From Raillietiella orientalis (taxonomy: Eukaryota): 64,000 bases of DNA. This document shows, in pieces, positions 62,301 to 64,000 of the stretch. Within the stretch, counting starts at the first letter, position 1; every line of letters begins with the position of its first letter. Below the pieces are notes generated by a model that saw nothing but the letters and a program-made list of their open reading frames with translations, was not told where the DNA came from and made no database searches. Location of the stretch: contig JAYWIR010000012.1 of NCBI GenBank assembly GCA_036172245.1, positions 3,038,001 to 3,102,000 on the forward strand, read 5' to 3'. The translations under genes and the position numbers were made by a program.

Positions 62301-64000
62301 CCGTTTCCAGAGTGCGCAGATCAGCAACATCCACCATCTCGCGCGTCTTCCAGCCGCCAAGGAGTTTCGTCCTTCCCGCGATGGTGCAGGAAAACTCTTA
62401 GATACCCGGCTGTCAGCTATCGTCACTTGCCCTCAGGTCAGACAGTGCTGCGGCAACGGGTGTAGCGGCTAGACTCGTAAGGACGACCAGAAAGGAGTGA
62501 CATTTCCTGTAGAGGTCGGTCATCTTTCCGTTCACGTCTTCGTTCCTCCATAACGAGACCTTGTCCATCTTCTGAGAGCTGCCCGAATGATGCGCTTTGG
62601 ATATGCCGTGGACTGCAGAGTTGTGGTTCTCTAGGAGAGACGCGCTGGAGCTAACTGTAGCGTGGCAACCGGAAAGGCACACCTCGAGTTTCCACATCTG
62701 TGTTCGGAGACTCGTTGCCCGTGAAGACCACCGCTTCTCCGGGCGACTGCTCCGCACCGCTGTTCGCGCTCATCTATTACCATGGAGCCTCACTCGCCCG
62801 GAAGAGCATCTTCTGAATGAAATGCTCCATGAAGACCCTCTGCCAGGGCAGGGAGTTTACTCGCGCGTGCGCGAGCACTTGCAAAGGTCGCCGTCACCAT
62901 CGTTCGTGAGAGAAATTCACCTGCGAAATTGCAGAAACACTAAAACTTCGGTTTGCACTCAGCTCGCAGGCGCATAGACCCTTCCGGACATCCCGTTCGC
63001 AGATCTGATGTTCCTCTCGGTGCTCACGGTCGTCTCGGCGCCCCACCTTTCCGCTTCTCAGTTGCTGCACGGAGTGCCGTAGGGATGCGTGCGGCGCTCC
63101 TCCTCCCGAGATGCCAGAAAACGGGCATCTCACCTTTGCACCGGACCTTTCCTTGCAGTTCCATCCTCCGGCAGCTAAGAAGCGGAAATGTCCGATCGCT
63201 TCTGTGCTAGGAACAGGGACGTTGGATCGACTGCTGATCGGACCGTCCTGTGCAACGCAGGGTCTCGTTTATGGGCGGTCCTCCAGAACCTGAGGGACAT
63301 ACCACAGCAGCTGATGCGCAGGATGGTCATGCGCAGTCCGATGACCAATTTCCACAGGGATGGCAACGTCGAGCTGCATCTGCGTCATGAGGAACGGTGT
63401 CCATCGAGATGGAGCGTGGCAGACAAAGAAGATAAACCATCTCTCTCGTCTCATCCTCGGTGTGGAGGAATGGGGCATAGGAACCCCGAAAAACATTTCC
63501 CCTTCCTCTCATTTCCTCGTCCAAACTACGACACTGCCCATTTTTCATTCCTTTTTACGCGTTCTCCAACTCTTCGCAGCTCAGAAGGGAAACGACCCCA
63601 AAGTCAGGAGAAAACTGCAAGGAAAGTTCCGGTGCAAAGGTGAGATGCCCGTTTGCTGGCAAAGTCAGAACCTCCTCCTGCACTTCGAGGATCAGGTGGG
63701 AACAGATGCCTTACCTGGACTAGTTCAACACTGCGTTTGTTATGTGACATGGCGATCCTTCGCAATGAGACTCCCGTAGCAGTCAGGTGTCAGACAGCGA
63801 TGCCGCATAGTCCGGTCTCCAGAAAAAGGCCAGGACCGACCAGCAACAGGAACCCGTCAGGAAGAGCCTTCGACTCAACAGTGCCTTAGCGTCACGTAAG
63901 GCGGAAGTGCGAGAGAGTTGGATTGGCACGGTAACCGAAACTGCGGTGCCGAGAGCCACGATTGCGGGTTCACACCTCCGTGTAAGCGCGCCATTGCACA

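Overview
This is eukaryotic (metazoan-type, probably invertebrate) genomic DNA, roughly 55% GC by eye. It holds one convincing intact gene: a 10-exon SLC6 sodium-dependent neutral amino-acid transporter (B0AT/SLC6A15-19-like, 618 aa) on the minus strand at 44246-49038, with mostly very short introns (six of nine are 46-76 nt). The rest is largely decayed transposons, assigned by eye from degenerate protein motifs. These include many L1/Tx1-type LINE relics (ORF1, endonuclease, RT, zf-RVT, T-rich 3' UTR), Ty3/gypsy pol and gag relics, and a possible Academ relic. The most notable unexplained structure is a ~0.8 kb repeat with about 10 copies or fragments. It has a tRNA-like (A/B-box) head and ~40-bp tandem monomers, and in several copies it runs directly into LINE ORF1-like sequence. 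It could be a Pol III-headed LINE 5' UTR or a SINE/LINE composite. There is also a set of recent, near-identical local sequence copies (24-805 bp, both orientations) among otherwise old repeats, including a copy of part of an SLC6 exon. Relic boundaries are approximate.
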